Assembly (NCBI GenBank): GCA_042408215.1
Contig: JAYFMW010000006.1
Location: 736,001 to 800,000 of the forward strand
Origin: Microcoleus sp.
Lineage (GTDB): Bacteria; Cyanobacteriota; Cyanobacteriia; Cyanobacteriales; Microcoleaceae
Direction: 5' to 3'
DNA length: 64,000 bases
The position numbers and the translations under genes are program-made. Below, in pieces: positions 22,745 through 32,640 of this stretch; positions within the stretch are counted from its first letter, which is position 1, and the number at the start of each line of letters is the position of its first letter. A model generated the notes under the pieces. That model did no database searches. It was not told the origin of the DNA and saw only the letters and a program-made list of their open reading frames with translations.

Positions 22745-24382
22745 ATGACTATTGAAAAGTTTGTTGTCACCGCCGACCAAATGCGGCAAATAGAAACCAG
22801 AATATTTGCCGCTGGAATGCCTGTAGCAGCTTTAATGGAAAAAGTAGCGGGACTGCTTGCCAGACGCATTCAGGCGCTTCTGAAGGCTGAAGGAAGTTCG
22901 GCAACGGATTGTATAACGGATTTAACGGATGTAACGGATTTAACGGATAGAAGGAAAAGGGGAGAAGGGAAAAAGATTGTTAATTTCCAATTCCCAGTTA
23001 TCGGCGTATTGGTCGGGCCGGGACATAACGGGGGCGACGCTTTGGTTGTGGCCCGCGAATTGCACTTTCAAGGATTCAAAGTAGTTGTCTACTGCCCCTT
23101 TTCTCAACTGAAAGAGTTAACAGGCTCTCACGCTCAGTATGTACGTTCTTTAAATATTCCATTTTTTGACCAAATTGAACCGCTGAAAAACTGCGATTTG
23201 TTCATAGATGGTTTATTTGGATTTGGCTTAGAACGAGAAATTGCTAATCCCATCGCCGACGCTATTGAGCAAATAAATAAGTTAAATAAACCTGTTTTTA
23301 GTATTGACATTCCGTCGGGAATTCATACTGATACGGGAGAAGTTTTGGGGACGGCTATCCGGGCTAGTCATACATTATGTTTGGGTTTGTGGAAAAGGGC
23401 ATTTCTGCAAGACAGAGCATTAGAATATATCGGCAGATCTGAGTTAATTGATTTTGATATTCCTGTCGCAGATATTCAAGCAATATTGGGCGATTTGCCC
23501 GCAGTACAACGCATTACCAAACAATCTGCGATCGAGCATTTGCCATTGCCCCGATCGCCAATTTCTCATAAATACACCAACGGTCATCTACTAATTATCG
23601 CAGGTTCGGAGCGCTACAGCGGAGCAGCCATTTTGTCAGCACTGGGAGCAAGGGCTAGCGGCGTGGGAATGCTGTCAATTGCTGTCCCAGAATCGATTAA
23701 ACCGCTGTTGAGCAGTCGGTTACCAGAGGCTTTAGTTATAGGATGTCCAGAAACGCGCAGCGGTGCAATTAGTGAATTACCAGTAGGAATTGATCTGAGT
23801 ACCTATGATGCGATCGCGGTAGGGCCTGGTCTGACATTGGAGGCGGCTATTGCTGTAGAATCTGTACTGGAGAGCGATCGACCTCTCGTGCTAGATGCCG
23901 ATGGTTTAAATATCCTCGCTCAACTTGGAACAGTCCCCATTTTGTCGGAACGCTCAGCCCTGACAATTATTACGCCTCATCCAGGGGAATTCAAGCGTTT
24001 ATTTCCCGAATTAGCTGACAAAATGGGCGATCGAATTTACGCAACTCAAGCCGCAGCCCAGCTTAGCGGTGCAGTCGTATTGTTGAAAGGAGCCAGAGTT
24101 TGCATTTGTTGTCACGCCCAGGGCGATCGTACCATCACTTACCTCAATCCCGAAAGCACCCCAGCCCTCGCTAGAGGCGGCAGCGGCGACGTTCTCACAG
24201 GCCTATTGGGGGGCCTCTTAGCAACAGCGATCGCCCGCAAATCCCCCCCACAATTAGTGGTACCCACAGCAGTTTGGTGGCACGCTCAAGCCGGAATTAT
24301 GGCTGCTCAAGAACGCACGGAGTTAGGAGTAGATGCCTTTACTTTGACAGAGTATTTAATTCCTGCTTTGCGAGAATTTTAA
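22745..24382 (+). CDS. nnr: Bifunctional NAD(P)H-hydrate epimerase/dehydratase (YjeF)
   Basis: GPGHNGGD, DIPSG, LDADGLN, TPHPGEF, GGSGDVLTG. Confidence 0.94.
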   Translation: MTIEKFVVTADQMRQIETRIFAAGMPVAALMEKVAGLLARRIQALLKAEGSSATDCITDLTDVTDLTDRRKRGEGKKIVNFQFPVIGVLVGPGHNGGDALVVARELHFQGFKVVVYCPFSQLKELTGSHAQYVRSLNIPFFDQIEPLKNCDLFIDGLFGFGLEREIANPIADAIEQINKLNKPVFSIDIPSGIHTDTGEVLGTAIRASHTLCLGLWKRAFLQDRALEYIGRSELIDFDIPVADIQAILGDLPAVQRITKQSAIEHLPLPRSPISHKYTNGHLLIIAGSERYSGAAILSALGARASGVGMLSIAVPESIKPLLSSRLPEALVIGCPETRSGAISELPVGIDLSTYDAIAVGPGLTLEAAIAVESVLESDRPLVLDADGLNILAQLGTVPILSERSALTIITPHPGEFKRLFPELADKMGDRIYATQAAAQLSGAVVLLKGARVCICCHAQGDRTITYLNPESTPALARGGSGDVLTGLLGGLLATAIARKSPPQLVVPTAVWWHAQAGIMAAQERTELGVDAFTLTEYLIPALREF

Positions 24383-24471
24383 CCCTGTATATTTAGCGAT
24401 CGTAGGTTGGGTTGAGGCGCAACGGCCCACAACAAGATTTATTGCTTGTGGAACAGGTCAGAAAGCCTGTT

Positions 24472-24637
24472 ATACCAATTTAATGGGTCGTTGCATATAT
24501 CTCGATCCCCCTAAATCCCCCTTAATAAGGGAGTAGGGTGTGAGTAGGGGGTGACGAAAGAGCAGAATCTTGTTCCCCCCTTATTAAGGGGGGTTAGGGG
24601 GGATCAGATTCTACGGGGCCTCATAAAAAACTGGTAT
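24472..24637. mobile_element. MITE-like repeat (copy 3)
   Basis: Similar to 18591-18748. Confidence 0.75.
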
Positions 24638-24698
24638 TACCGGAACACCACAGAAACAGGGTTTTTGTAGGTGTTTTTAAGCAGATTGACTTAACTCA

Positions 24699-24746
24699 TT
24701 TGAGTGACACTCAAATGAGTGACACTCAAATGAGTGACACTCAAAT
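24699..24746. promoter_or_regulatory. Three tandem palindromic TGAGTGACACTCA boxes, a putative operator array
   Basis: 15-bp period upstream of the PG-binding gene; two boxes (one degenerate) at about 25738-25766 upstream of the paralog. Confidence 0.5.
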
Positions 24747-24857
24747 GTGGTAGCACATAAAAGTGTCACTATAAAAAGCGACTGTGCAACCACAAAACCT
24801 ATTAGTTATACCTGAAATATCAAATGCAAACACTCGAATACAGAGAGGATTTCGATC

Positions 24858-25391
24858 ATGTATACAGAAGAAAAAACCCTAAATAATGAAACTAAGGCTC
24901 TGGTCGCCGATACTACTTCTCAGTCAAATCTAGCATTTGCTGAAGAGTCTGGACTGCTGAAACCCACTTTACGGCGCGGTTCCACCGGTCAAGCTGTCAA
25001 GGAATTAGAACAGCTTCTATTTCATTGGAAATATTATTTCGGTATGATTGATGGTATTTTCGGCGTTGAAGTTGAAAAAGCCGTCAAAGGCTATCAACAC
25101 CGCGTCTTTTTAGCTGAAGATGGGGTTGTCGGTCCTCTCACCTGGCAAGCACTATACTCTGGTGCACCTGTGAATATGCCGATTCTGATGAAGGGTAGTT
25201 CAGGTAATGCTGTCAAAATTGTCCAGAATGTCTTGAAATTGAATGGATACTATATGGGTTTTGTTGACGGATTCTTCGGGCCAATGACAAAAGTAGCAGT
25301 GATACAATTCCAAACGGCTAAGGGTTTATTACCAGCCGATGGAATTGTCGGGCCTAGAACTTGGCACGCTCTGAGCAAGTTACCGCATTAA
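24858..25391 (+). CDS. Peptidoglycan-binding protein (two PG_binding_1 domains), copy A
   Basis: LRRGSTG..DGIFG..DGVVGPLTW, present twice. Confidence 0.9.
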   Translation: MYTEEKTLNNETKALVADTTSQSNLAFAEESGLLKPTLRRGSTGQAVKELEQLLFHWKYYFGMIDGIFGVEVEKAVKGYQHRVFLAEDGVVGPLTWQALYSGAPVNMPILMKGSSGNAVKIVQNVLKLNGYYMGFVDGFFGPMTKVAVIQFQTAKGLLPADGIVGPRTWHALSKLPH

Positions 25392-25509
25392 TAACACTTA
25401 AAATCGCGCTCGGTAGGTAGGGACATAGCATTGCTATGTCCTATTTCGCTTTGATGGGAAGGGCGAGGGCAAATTCTGTTCCCCTTCCCGGCGATGAAAA
25501 ACATTAGAT

Positions 25510-25717
25510 CGACGTTCTCACAGGCCTATTGGGGGGTTTCTTAGCAACAGCGATCGCCCGCAAATCCCCCCCACAATTAGTGGTACCCACAGCAGTTTGG
25601 TGGCACGCTCAAGCCGGAATTATGGCTGCTCAAGAACACACGAAGTTAAAAATAAATGCCTTTACTTTGACAGAGTATTTAATTCCAGCTTTGCGAGAAT
25701 TTGACCCCTGTATTTAA
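25510..25717 (+). pseudogene. Duplicated 3' fragment of nnr
   Basis: Near-identical to 24187-24390. Confidence 0.85.
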
Positions 25718-25879
25718 GTAGTTATACTTAAGTTAAATGAGTGACAAGCAAATGAGTGACACTCAAATGTGGTAGCACACAAAAGTGTCACTATAAAAAG
25801 CGACTGTGCAACCACAAAACCTATTAGTTATACCTGAAATATCAAATGCAAAAACTCGAATACAGAGAGGATTTCGATC

Positions 25880-26410
25880 ATGTATACAGAAGAAAAAAAC
25901 CCAAACAATGAAGCTATGGATCTCGTCGCCGATACTAATTCTCAGTCAAATCTAGCATTTGCTGAAGCGTCTGGACTGAACAAACCCACTTTACGGCGCG
26001 GTTCCACCGGTCCAACTGTCAAGGAACTACAACAGCTTCTGTCTCATTGGGAGTATTATTTTGGCCCGTGCGATGGTATCTTCGACGTCGAAGTTGAAAA
26101 CGCCGTCAAACGCTATCAACACCGCGTCTTTTTACCTGAAGATGGCATTGTGGGTCCTCGAACCTGGCAAGCACTATACTCTGGTGCACCTAATAAGCAG
26201 ACTGTCAAGATTGGTAGTTCAGGTGATGATGTCAAAATTGTTCAGAATGTCTTGAAATTGAATGGATTCTATAAGGGTTTGGTTGACGGATACTTCGGGC
26301 CAATCACAGAAGCAGCAGTGAAAAAATTCCAAACGGCTAAGGGTTTATTACCAGCCGATGGAATTGTCGGGCCGAAAACTTGGCACGCTCTGAGCAAGTT
26401 ACCCCATTAA
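25880..26410 (+). CDS. Peptidoglycan-binding protein, copy B
   Basis: Paralog of 24858-25391. Confidence 0.9.
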   Translation: MYTEEKNPNNEAMDLVADTNSQSNLAFAEASGLNKPTLRRGSTGPTVKELQQLLSHWEYYFGPCDGIFDVEVENAVKRYQHRVFLPEDGIVGPRTWQALYSGAPNKQTVKIGSSGDDVKIVQNVLKLNGFYKGLVDGYFGPITEAAVKKFQTAKGLLPADGIVGPKTWHALSKLPH

Positions 26411-26515
26411 TAACACTTAAAATCGCGCTCGGTAGGTAGGGACATAGCAATGCTATGTCCTATTTCGCTTTGATGGGAATACTTGTCTGGGCGGTACTTT
26501 TATGCAAGTCCTAAA

Positions 26516-26992
26516 TTAACCTTTGATGAACTGTTCTAATTTGTGAGCCATCTTCTCTACAATTCCCACCGCAGTAGGTGCGGTGGATGCTTGAGCTTCA
26601 ATACGCTTGACAGCATCCTCTGGAAGGTTCAGCAACTGCACTAATTTTTGATAAGCTGCGGCTTCCTCAGCATTAATTTTTGGTTCCTGGGGAGTGCGAG
26701 CACTAGATGAAATTACCTCATAGCCGAGTTGCAGCACTAATTCCCGTTCTTCTGGAGTTTCTAGTTGCTCAATTAATTCGTCAAGGGGAATATTTTGCAT
26801 GATATAGTCGCGCAGTTCTTGTTGCAGATATTCCTGTTCGATATCTGTAGCAAACAAACGGCAAAAGCGATCGAGCATTAAATTAACTTCTTCTGTCGCC
26901 AGTTCGCCATCTGACCAGGCCATAGAAGCAACAACTCTCAGCAGGTTCATCTGACGGGGTGTAATTGATGGAGGTGGTGGGGGCTGCATCAT
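26516..26992 (-). CDS. TerB-like protein
   Basis: MAWSDGELATEE and INAEEAAAY motifs. Confidence 0.75.
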   Translation of the reverse strand: MMQPPPPPSITPRQMNLLRVVASMAWSDGELATEEVNLMLDRFCRLFATDIEQEYLQQELRDYIMQNIPLDELIEQLETPEERELVLQLGYEVISSSARTPQEPKINAEEAAAYQKLVQLLNLPEDAVKRIEAQASTAPTAVGIVEKMAHKLEQFIKG

Positions 26993-27142
26993 AAAATTTG
27001 TTATTGGTTATTTGTTACTGGTTATTGGTTATTTGTTACTGGTTATTTGTTACCAACACATAACAAATAACAACGCAACAAGTAACAAATAACTACTAAC
27101 TACTGACTACTGACTACTGACTACTAACTACTAACAATGATG

Positions 27143-29050
27143 TCACAATTTCGACAAAGGAACTCCCAACCATCCAGTAAAGTTTTGTTTCTGAATAGAG
27201 GTTGGGTGTTCCACCGGCACAATATGGTAGCGCGTCGGTCGCGGGGGGGCGAGAATAACATCGCAAGTTCGGAGTTCGTCTTGGTGAAAAACTGTTATTT
27301 GCACCATATCCCCAGGCTGATGATCTTTAAGCCGATCGCCCGCTTGTTCCGCATTTATCACCCGAAAACCGTTGATGGCTAGCAACTCGTCTCCTGCGTC
27401 AATTCCGGCCGATTGTGCCGGCGAGCCTGCTTCAACAAACTTAATCATTTCCCGCCCGTTTTCTACTCCCAACGTCCAACCGATGCGAGGGATTTCATTA
27501 GTTTGATCCGATGCGATTTGCAGCCCGAAAGGTTCGAGATATTCGTTATAAGGCAACTCCTCGGTGCCATCAATATAACGGGCAAAAAAGTCGCTCAAAT
27601 CCATGTCAGCGACCGATTCGATCGCACCTTGTAACTGTTCGGGAGTAAAACCTATTTCTGCTGGCAACGAGTGAGAATTTAATAGTCCGTTTGATTGCTC
27701 ACGCACTGGTGTTGCCTCTCTTTCCGAGTAGAGGCTAAATTCGCCATTTTGAGCCGCAGAATTAGCCTGGCCAAATTGCTGCCACATCACACGCATCACA
27801 TCATCAAACGATCGCTCATTTCGGTGTTTTGCTCGAATCAACAAATCCAGCAAAAACGAAACTACTTCCCCTTTTAAATAATAAGAGATTTGGCAATTGT
27901 CGCTGTTAGCATCCCTGCGGTAAAGCTTAATCCAAGCATCCCAACTCGACTCGCTCACGGGCTGCACGTTTCGCCCCGGAGTCGTTTGCAAACGAGTGAT
28001 TTCCTTAGCCAGATTTTGAAATAAACCCTTCACGCCGTAGATCCCAGCTCGAAAAGGAATCACCAAATCGTAATAACTGGTCGTGCCTTCGGAGAACCAC
28101 AAAGAAGGAGTATAATTTTCTTGTTCGTAGTCAAATACTTCTAGAGCTTTCGGTCGGATGCGCTTGACATTCCAGAGGTGAAAAAACTCGTGAGCCACCA
28201 ATTGAATGAAGCGATCGTACTTGTCTGACACCCGAAAACCAAAACGCGGATAATTGAGAGTGCAACTATCCTTGTGTTCCAAACCCCCGTAACCAGAGCC
28301 GGACAAATGCAGCAAAAATACATAGCGTTCGTAAGGTAAACCGCCAAATATTTCTGCCTCAACCTCAATCACTTTTTGGATGTCTCGAATCGCCCGCTGT
28401 GGTTCTAAATTACCTTTTCCCCAAATAACTAGCTGGTGGGGTTTTCCCATCACCTCAAAATCGTAGGAATCGTGACAGCCAATCTCAAAAGGACTGTCTA
28501 CCAAAGTGTCAAAATCCGCAGCAGCGAAAGTACAATCTTGCCCGGAGACGGGAGGCAAAGTAGTAACGGTGCGCCATTGGGGCCGTGGCGGCACAATGGT
28601 TATGGTGTAACAGTTGCGATCGAATCCAGACAAGAAAAAGCACAAAGCTGCTGGATTGAAATAACCGTGAGTCGAGTCTAAATGATTGGTTCGCACTGTT
28701 AGTTCGTTAGCAAAAATGCGGTAGTTTACCGTCACATCCGAAACCGAATCAGTCTCGATTTGCCAGTGATTTTTGCTTTTTTTGCGCCAAGCCAAAGGTC
28801 GATCGCCCGACTGCGATCGAAAATCTTGTAGGTGTTTGGCGTATTCTCGAACCAAGTACGAACCGGGTGTCCAAACGGGCATTTTTAAATCCATCACCGA
28901 TTCTGACCAACCTTGCACGCGCAAAGTCACTTCAAACAGGTGGGATTCAGGATTGGGCATCGCCACCGAATATTCAATTGTCGGTGCTGTTAGTTGGAGT
29001 GTCGGGTTAACGGCCACTTCGGAAGTCTCAAAACGGGTGACATCAGTCAT
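27143..29050 (-). CDS. M61 glycyl aminopeptidase with PDZ domain
   Basis: PVWTPGSY, GGLEH, HEFFH, EGTTSYY; PDZ SPAQSAGI. Confidence 0.93.
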   Translation of the reverse strand: MTDVTRFETSEVAVNPTLQLTAPTIEYSVAMPNPESHLFEVTLRVQGWSESVMDLKMPVWTPGSYLVREYAKHLQDFRSQSGDRPLAWRKKSKNHWQIETDSVSDVTVNYRIFANELTVRTNHLDSTHGYFNPAALCFFLSGFDRNCYTITIVPPRPQWRTVTTLPPVSGQDCTFAAADFDTLVDSPFEIGCHDSYDFEVMGKPHQLVIWGKGNLEPQRAIRDIQKVIEVEAEIFGGLPYERYVFLLHLSGSGYGGLEHKDSCTLNYPRFGFRVSDKYDRFIQLVAHEFFHLWNVKRIRPKALEVFDYEQENYTPSLWFSEGTTSYYDLVIPFRAGIYGVKGLFQNLAKEITRLQTTPGRNVQPVSESSWDAWIKLYRRDANSDNCQISYYLKGEVVSFLLDLLIRAKHRNERSFDDVMRVMWQQFGQANSAAQNGEFSLYSEREATPVREQSNGLLNSHSLPAEIGFTPEQLQGAIESVADMDLSDFFARYIDGTEELPYNEYLEPFGLQIASDQTNEIPRIGWTLGVENGREMIKFVEAGSPAQSAGIDAGDELLAINGFRVINAEQAGDRLKDHQPGDMVQITVFHQDELRTCDVILAPPRPTRYHIVPVEHPTSIQKQNFTGWLGVPLSKL

Positions 29051-29727
29051 TGACTTGCCAAATTCATCAAGTGCTTGAGGTTGATCAAATGGATAGTTTG
29101 GCGATCGGGATCGATACTGATCCAGCCTTTACTCTCCAGTTTTTCCATAATTTTGCTGGTTTCATCTAGGGCGATATCTGTCACGTCGGCTAAGTCTTGA
29201 TAAGGGATATTAAATATCTCTTTGCCTCGTTCCGTTTTCTGACCGTAGTTTTCTGCCAGCTCGACTAAGGTATTTGCTAGTTTAACCGCTGGCTGGCGGT
29301 TCCGCAGTTGATACCGGAGATTTGTTTGGCGGAGTCGCCGCACCATCAGTTGCAGCATCCGGTGGTGCAAATGCGGATCTTTGAACAGGGTTTGAATAAA
29401 TCGCTGAGCCGTAACACTGATCAGCCTCACGGGCGATAGAGCCAGTACGTCATTCGATCGGGGAGATTCGTCAAGAATCGCCATTTCGCCAAAGAATGCA
29501 CCCCGTCCCAAAATCGCCATCGATATGGCTCGATCGTTTGACAGGCGCCGGACTTTGACCCAGCCGGACACTACAAAGTAAATCGCGTTTCCCCAGGAAT
29601 CCTCCATCACGACAGCTCTGCCTGGAGGATACTCGTGCTTGACGGCATTTGATAGTAGCCCTGCCAAGGTTTCTGGGTTAGCACCCTTAAACAGGGGGAA
29701 AAGCTCACTGAAAGCTTCTGTCTTCAT
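29047..29727 (-). CDS. Crp/Fnr family regulator
   Basis: FFGEMAILDESPRS cNMP-binding domain and a C-terminal HTH. Confidence 0.9.
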   Translation of the reverse strand: MKTEAFSELFPLFKGANPETLAGLLSNAVKHEYPPGRAVVMEDSWGNAIYFVVSGWVKVRRLSNDRAISMAILGRGAFFGEMAILDESPRSNDVLALSPVRLISVTAQRFIQTLFKDPHLHHRMLQLMVRRLRQTNLRYQLRNRQPAVKLANTLVELAENYGQKTERGKEIFNIPYQDLADVTDIALDETSKIMEKLESKGWISIDPDRQTIHLINLKHLMNLASQ

Positions 29728-30047
29728 CTTTCTTCCCCTTTGGATACCCCTAGTATGCTTCCGCTAAGTGGTCCCTGAGCGAAGCCGAAGGGCTCAGCAC
29801 AAGTAGCTGTACTCAGCACGGGGTAGGCCCGATCGCAGTTGCTAGACTTGAGGAGACTTGGGGGCCTCACTGACTCAGGAAAAAGGGGGCGGGGTAAGAG
29901 CCACATATCAGTTAAGTCTATATCGAGTTAAAAAAACCCGTTTCGCCTCAAGGTGAGCATTCCTTTCGCACCATTTACTTGCACAGAAAATGAGAGGCTT
30001 CCGATACTGTAACCCGACGAGTGCGAGGGTAGCGCGACAAAGGGGCG

Positions 30048-31421
30048 GTGAACTACCCGACGCTCATCGCTAGGCGATAGAGCACGGGCTTCCAGTCTCA
30101 ACGGCAACAGCATTAGATACGGAAGATTTCCTTCCAACCTTTTGTCTTACATTGCCTCCACTGGCAGTAGCGCTGGTTCCCAACGCTAATATCCGTAAGC
30201 CTTGATCTCGAATGTTGATAGCTGCATTGACATCTCTATCATGTTTAGTGTCGCAGTTGGAGCAAGTCCAGCTACGCACGTCTAGAGGCAAGCTACCCAC
30301 TTGATTTAGGCATACATGGCAAGTCTTACTTGATGGAAAAAACCTGCCAATTTCTAGGTAGGTCTTTCCATCTTTTTGGGCCTTGTATTTTAGTTGTCTG
30401 GTAAATTCTGACCAACCTGCATCGCTAATTGATTTAGCCAGATTGTGATTTTTTACCAGGTTCTTGACTGCTAGATCTTCGACAATGATGACTTGGTTTT
30501 CGTTCACCAGTTTGCGAGATAGTTTGTGCTGGAAGTCTTTGCGAGTGTTGGCAATCCGCTCATGCACTCGCGCTAGGATGCGCTTAGCCTTTTCACGACG
30601 CTTTGAACCCTGCTCTTTTCGGGAAAGCTTTTGTTGCTTGCGCTTCAGGTTTTTCTCACGCTTCCTCAGAGGTTTGGGACTATCAAACTTAGAGCCGTTA
30701 GAAGTGATAGCGAAGTGGGTTAGACCGACATCAATCCCAACTGCTTTACCTTCTGAGCTAATTTCTAATTCGGGTAGTCCATCATCGAACAAGAGAGAAG
30801 CATAATACTTCCGTGTCCTGTTCATGCTGATAGTGACAGTTTTCAATTTCCCTTCAAACGTCCGGTGCAGCTTAGCCTTGACTTCCCCAATTTTGGGAAT
30901 CTTCAAGGCATTGTCAAGTAGCTTGACGTTCTGAGGATATTGGATGGACTGTTTGTCGTGCTTACTCTTGAAGTTCGGGAAGGATGCCCGACCTTCAAAG
31001 AAGTTGATGAATGCCCTAGAGAGGTTGAGGCTGACCGACTGCAATACCTGGGAGTAGCAGTCGGTCAGCCAAGGAAACTCCTCTTTGAGTCCAGGCAAAC
31101 GGCTATTCATCCCAATCTGGGATAGCCCTTTGCCAGTCTCTTTGTAGAGTTCATTTGTTGCATTCAGTGAATTATTCCAGAACCATCTGGCACAGCCGAA
31201 AGCTTGTGATAGTGCTTCCTTCTGCTCATCGGTTGGATAAATTCGTACCTTTGCAACGTTTTTCATTGTTTGAGTTTAACACGAATTACGTTCACCGTAA
31301 ATTTCTTCTGACGCATAATTAATTGGCTGTTTTTGGGGCATCGAACCCCTCAACAGCCTCATCGCTGTCCCTGTATCCCGACGCTGAACGGAGTACCGCT
31401 ACAGCGCGGGACTTATAGCCC
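30048..31421 (-). mobile_element. IS200/IS605 (IS1341-like) element without tnpA
   Basis: Subterminal hairpins at both ends; right end ...GTAGTTCAC at 30048; left boundary approximate. Confidence 0.8.
30070..31266 (-). CDS. tnpB: RNA-guided endonuclease TnpB, apparently intact
   Basis: RuvC GIDVG / VEDL / HDRD and a CxxC..CxxC zinc finger. Confidence 0.93.
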   Translation of the reverse strand: MKNVAKVRIYPTDEQKEALSQAFGCARWFWNNSLNATNELYKETGKGLSQIGMNSRLPGLKEEFPWLTDCYSQVLQSVSLNLSRAFINFFEGRASFPNFKSKHDKQSIQYPQNVKLLDNALKIPKIGEVKAKLHRTFEGKLKTVTISMNRTRKYYASLLFDDGLPELEISSEGKAVGIDVGLTHFAITSNGSKFDSPKPLRKREKNLKRKQQKLSRKEQGSKRREKAKRILARVHERIANTRKDFQHKLSRKLVNENQVIIVEDLAVKNLVKNHNLAKSISDAGWSEFTRQLKYKAQKDGKTYLEIGRFFPSSKTCHVCLNQVGSLPLDVRSWTCSNCDTKHDRDVNAAINIRDQGLRILALGTSATASGGNVRQKVGRKSSVSNAVAVETGSPCSIA

Positions 31422-31438
31422 CTCAAACTCCCCATTAG

Positions 31439-32287
31439 TTAAATGCTGGAAACCGCCTGTTGAACTTTGTCCAATAGAGGTTCTATGTAGTTGGGCCAGC
31501 CGATCGCGATCGCCTGAGTGTGAGCGAGAGAATCCGGTTCGACGGCATCAGGCGTCCACAGGAGGGGCCTCCCTTGCAAATCGCAGCAGACTAAACCTGC
31601 CGCTTTGGCTAGGGCTAGAGGGCCTGCGGTATCCCACACTTTGACTCTACCATTGAGATAGATGTACAAACCGGCGCGACCGAGCATGACTTCGAGAACT
31701 TTTAACCCGAAGCTACCGAGGGAATAAAACTCAGCACCAGGTATGATTTGGGCGATCGCCTCACCGTAGTTTTTCTGGTCTTTGTCTCCGAGGACAATTT
31801 TACAATTTTCTGCTGTCGGAGCAGGAGGTTGGTGCAGAGCGATCGCAGAAGGCTCTTCTTCTCCAACCGTTTGGAACAATCCCCAATCTTTACCACCGAA
31901 GTACATTTTCCCGAAAGCTGGGGCGTAGATCCAACCGGCCACCGGTTCGCTATCTTGTAGCAGCCCCACCATCAGGGCATAGTGGAGTTTGCCCTTAATA
32001 AACTCTTCCGTGCCGTCGAGGGGATCGATACACCAGAGGCGCTGGTAATTCGCCCCGTAGGCTGCTCTTGAGGCGACGTTTTCCTCGGTGATGATGCCAT
32101 CTTCAGGAAACAGGGCGCAAAATGCTGCTGATAGCTTTTCGTCTAGGAATCGATCGATACTCGTCACGTAGTCATTGGGCCCTTTCTCGGAAACTTCAAA
32201 GGGTAAGGCTGCGAGTTGGTGAGCTTGTTGACCCCACAGGCGGAGGTAAGAGCGAATTTTTTGGTCTTGAGCGGCAGAAATCTCCAT
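31439..32287 (-). CDS. Inositol monophosphatase/CysQ family phosphatase
   Basis: DYVT, ITEE, CIDPLDGT, VWDTA. Confidence 0.9.
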   Translation of the reverse strand: MEISAAQDQKIRSYLRLWGQQAHQLAALPFEVSEKGPNDYVTSIDRFLDEKLSAAFCALFPEDGIITEENVASRAAYGANYQRLWCIDPLDGTEEFIKGKLHYALMVGLLQDSEPVAGWIYAPAFGKMYFGGKDWGLFQTVGEEEPSAIALHQPPAPTAENCKIVLGDKDQKNYGEAIAQIIPGAEFYSLGSFGLKVLEVMLGRAGLYIYLNGRVKVWDTAGPLALAKAAGLVCCDLQGRPLLWTPDAVEPDSLAHTQAIAIGWPNYIEPLLDKVQQAVSSI

Positions 32288-32386
32288 GCGCTTATCATAA
32301 ATCTTTCAACTTCAGAATAAGACTATAGATGTTTTAGTAGAAAGGCTGCGATCGCTCTAAACTGGCCCGATAGTACCAATATCAGC

Positions 32387-32640
32387 AACGGGCTAGAAGC
32401 CCGTTCCACAAAACAGAAATTTTATTGTGGAACAGGCATCTTGCCTGTTCATCTAAAAACTTGTGGAACAGGCATCTTGCCTGTTCATCTAAAAACTTGT
32501 GGAACAGGCATCTTGCCTGTTCATCTAAAACTTGTGAAACAGGCATCTTTCCTGTTCATTAAAAATCACGGGCTAGAAGCCCGTTCCACAAAACAGAAAT
32601 TTTATTGTGGAACAGGCATCTTGCCTGTTCATTAAAAATC
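32387..32640. repeat. Tandem array of TGTGGAACAGGCATCTTGCCTGTTC palindromic units
   Basis: Five units, about 36-bp period with near-identical linkers, plus a duplicated longer block. Confidence 0.85.

Noticed and set aside
32387..32640. Palindromic repeat with about 36-bp period resembling a CRISPR array
   Set aside because: Linkers are short and nearly identical rather than unique spacers; no cas genes; a related unit occurs singly at about 21465
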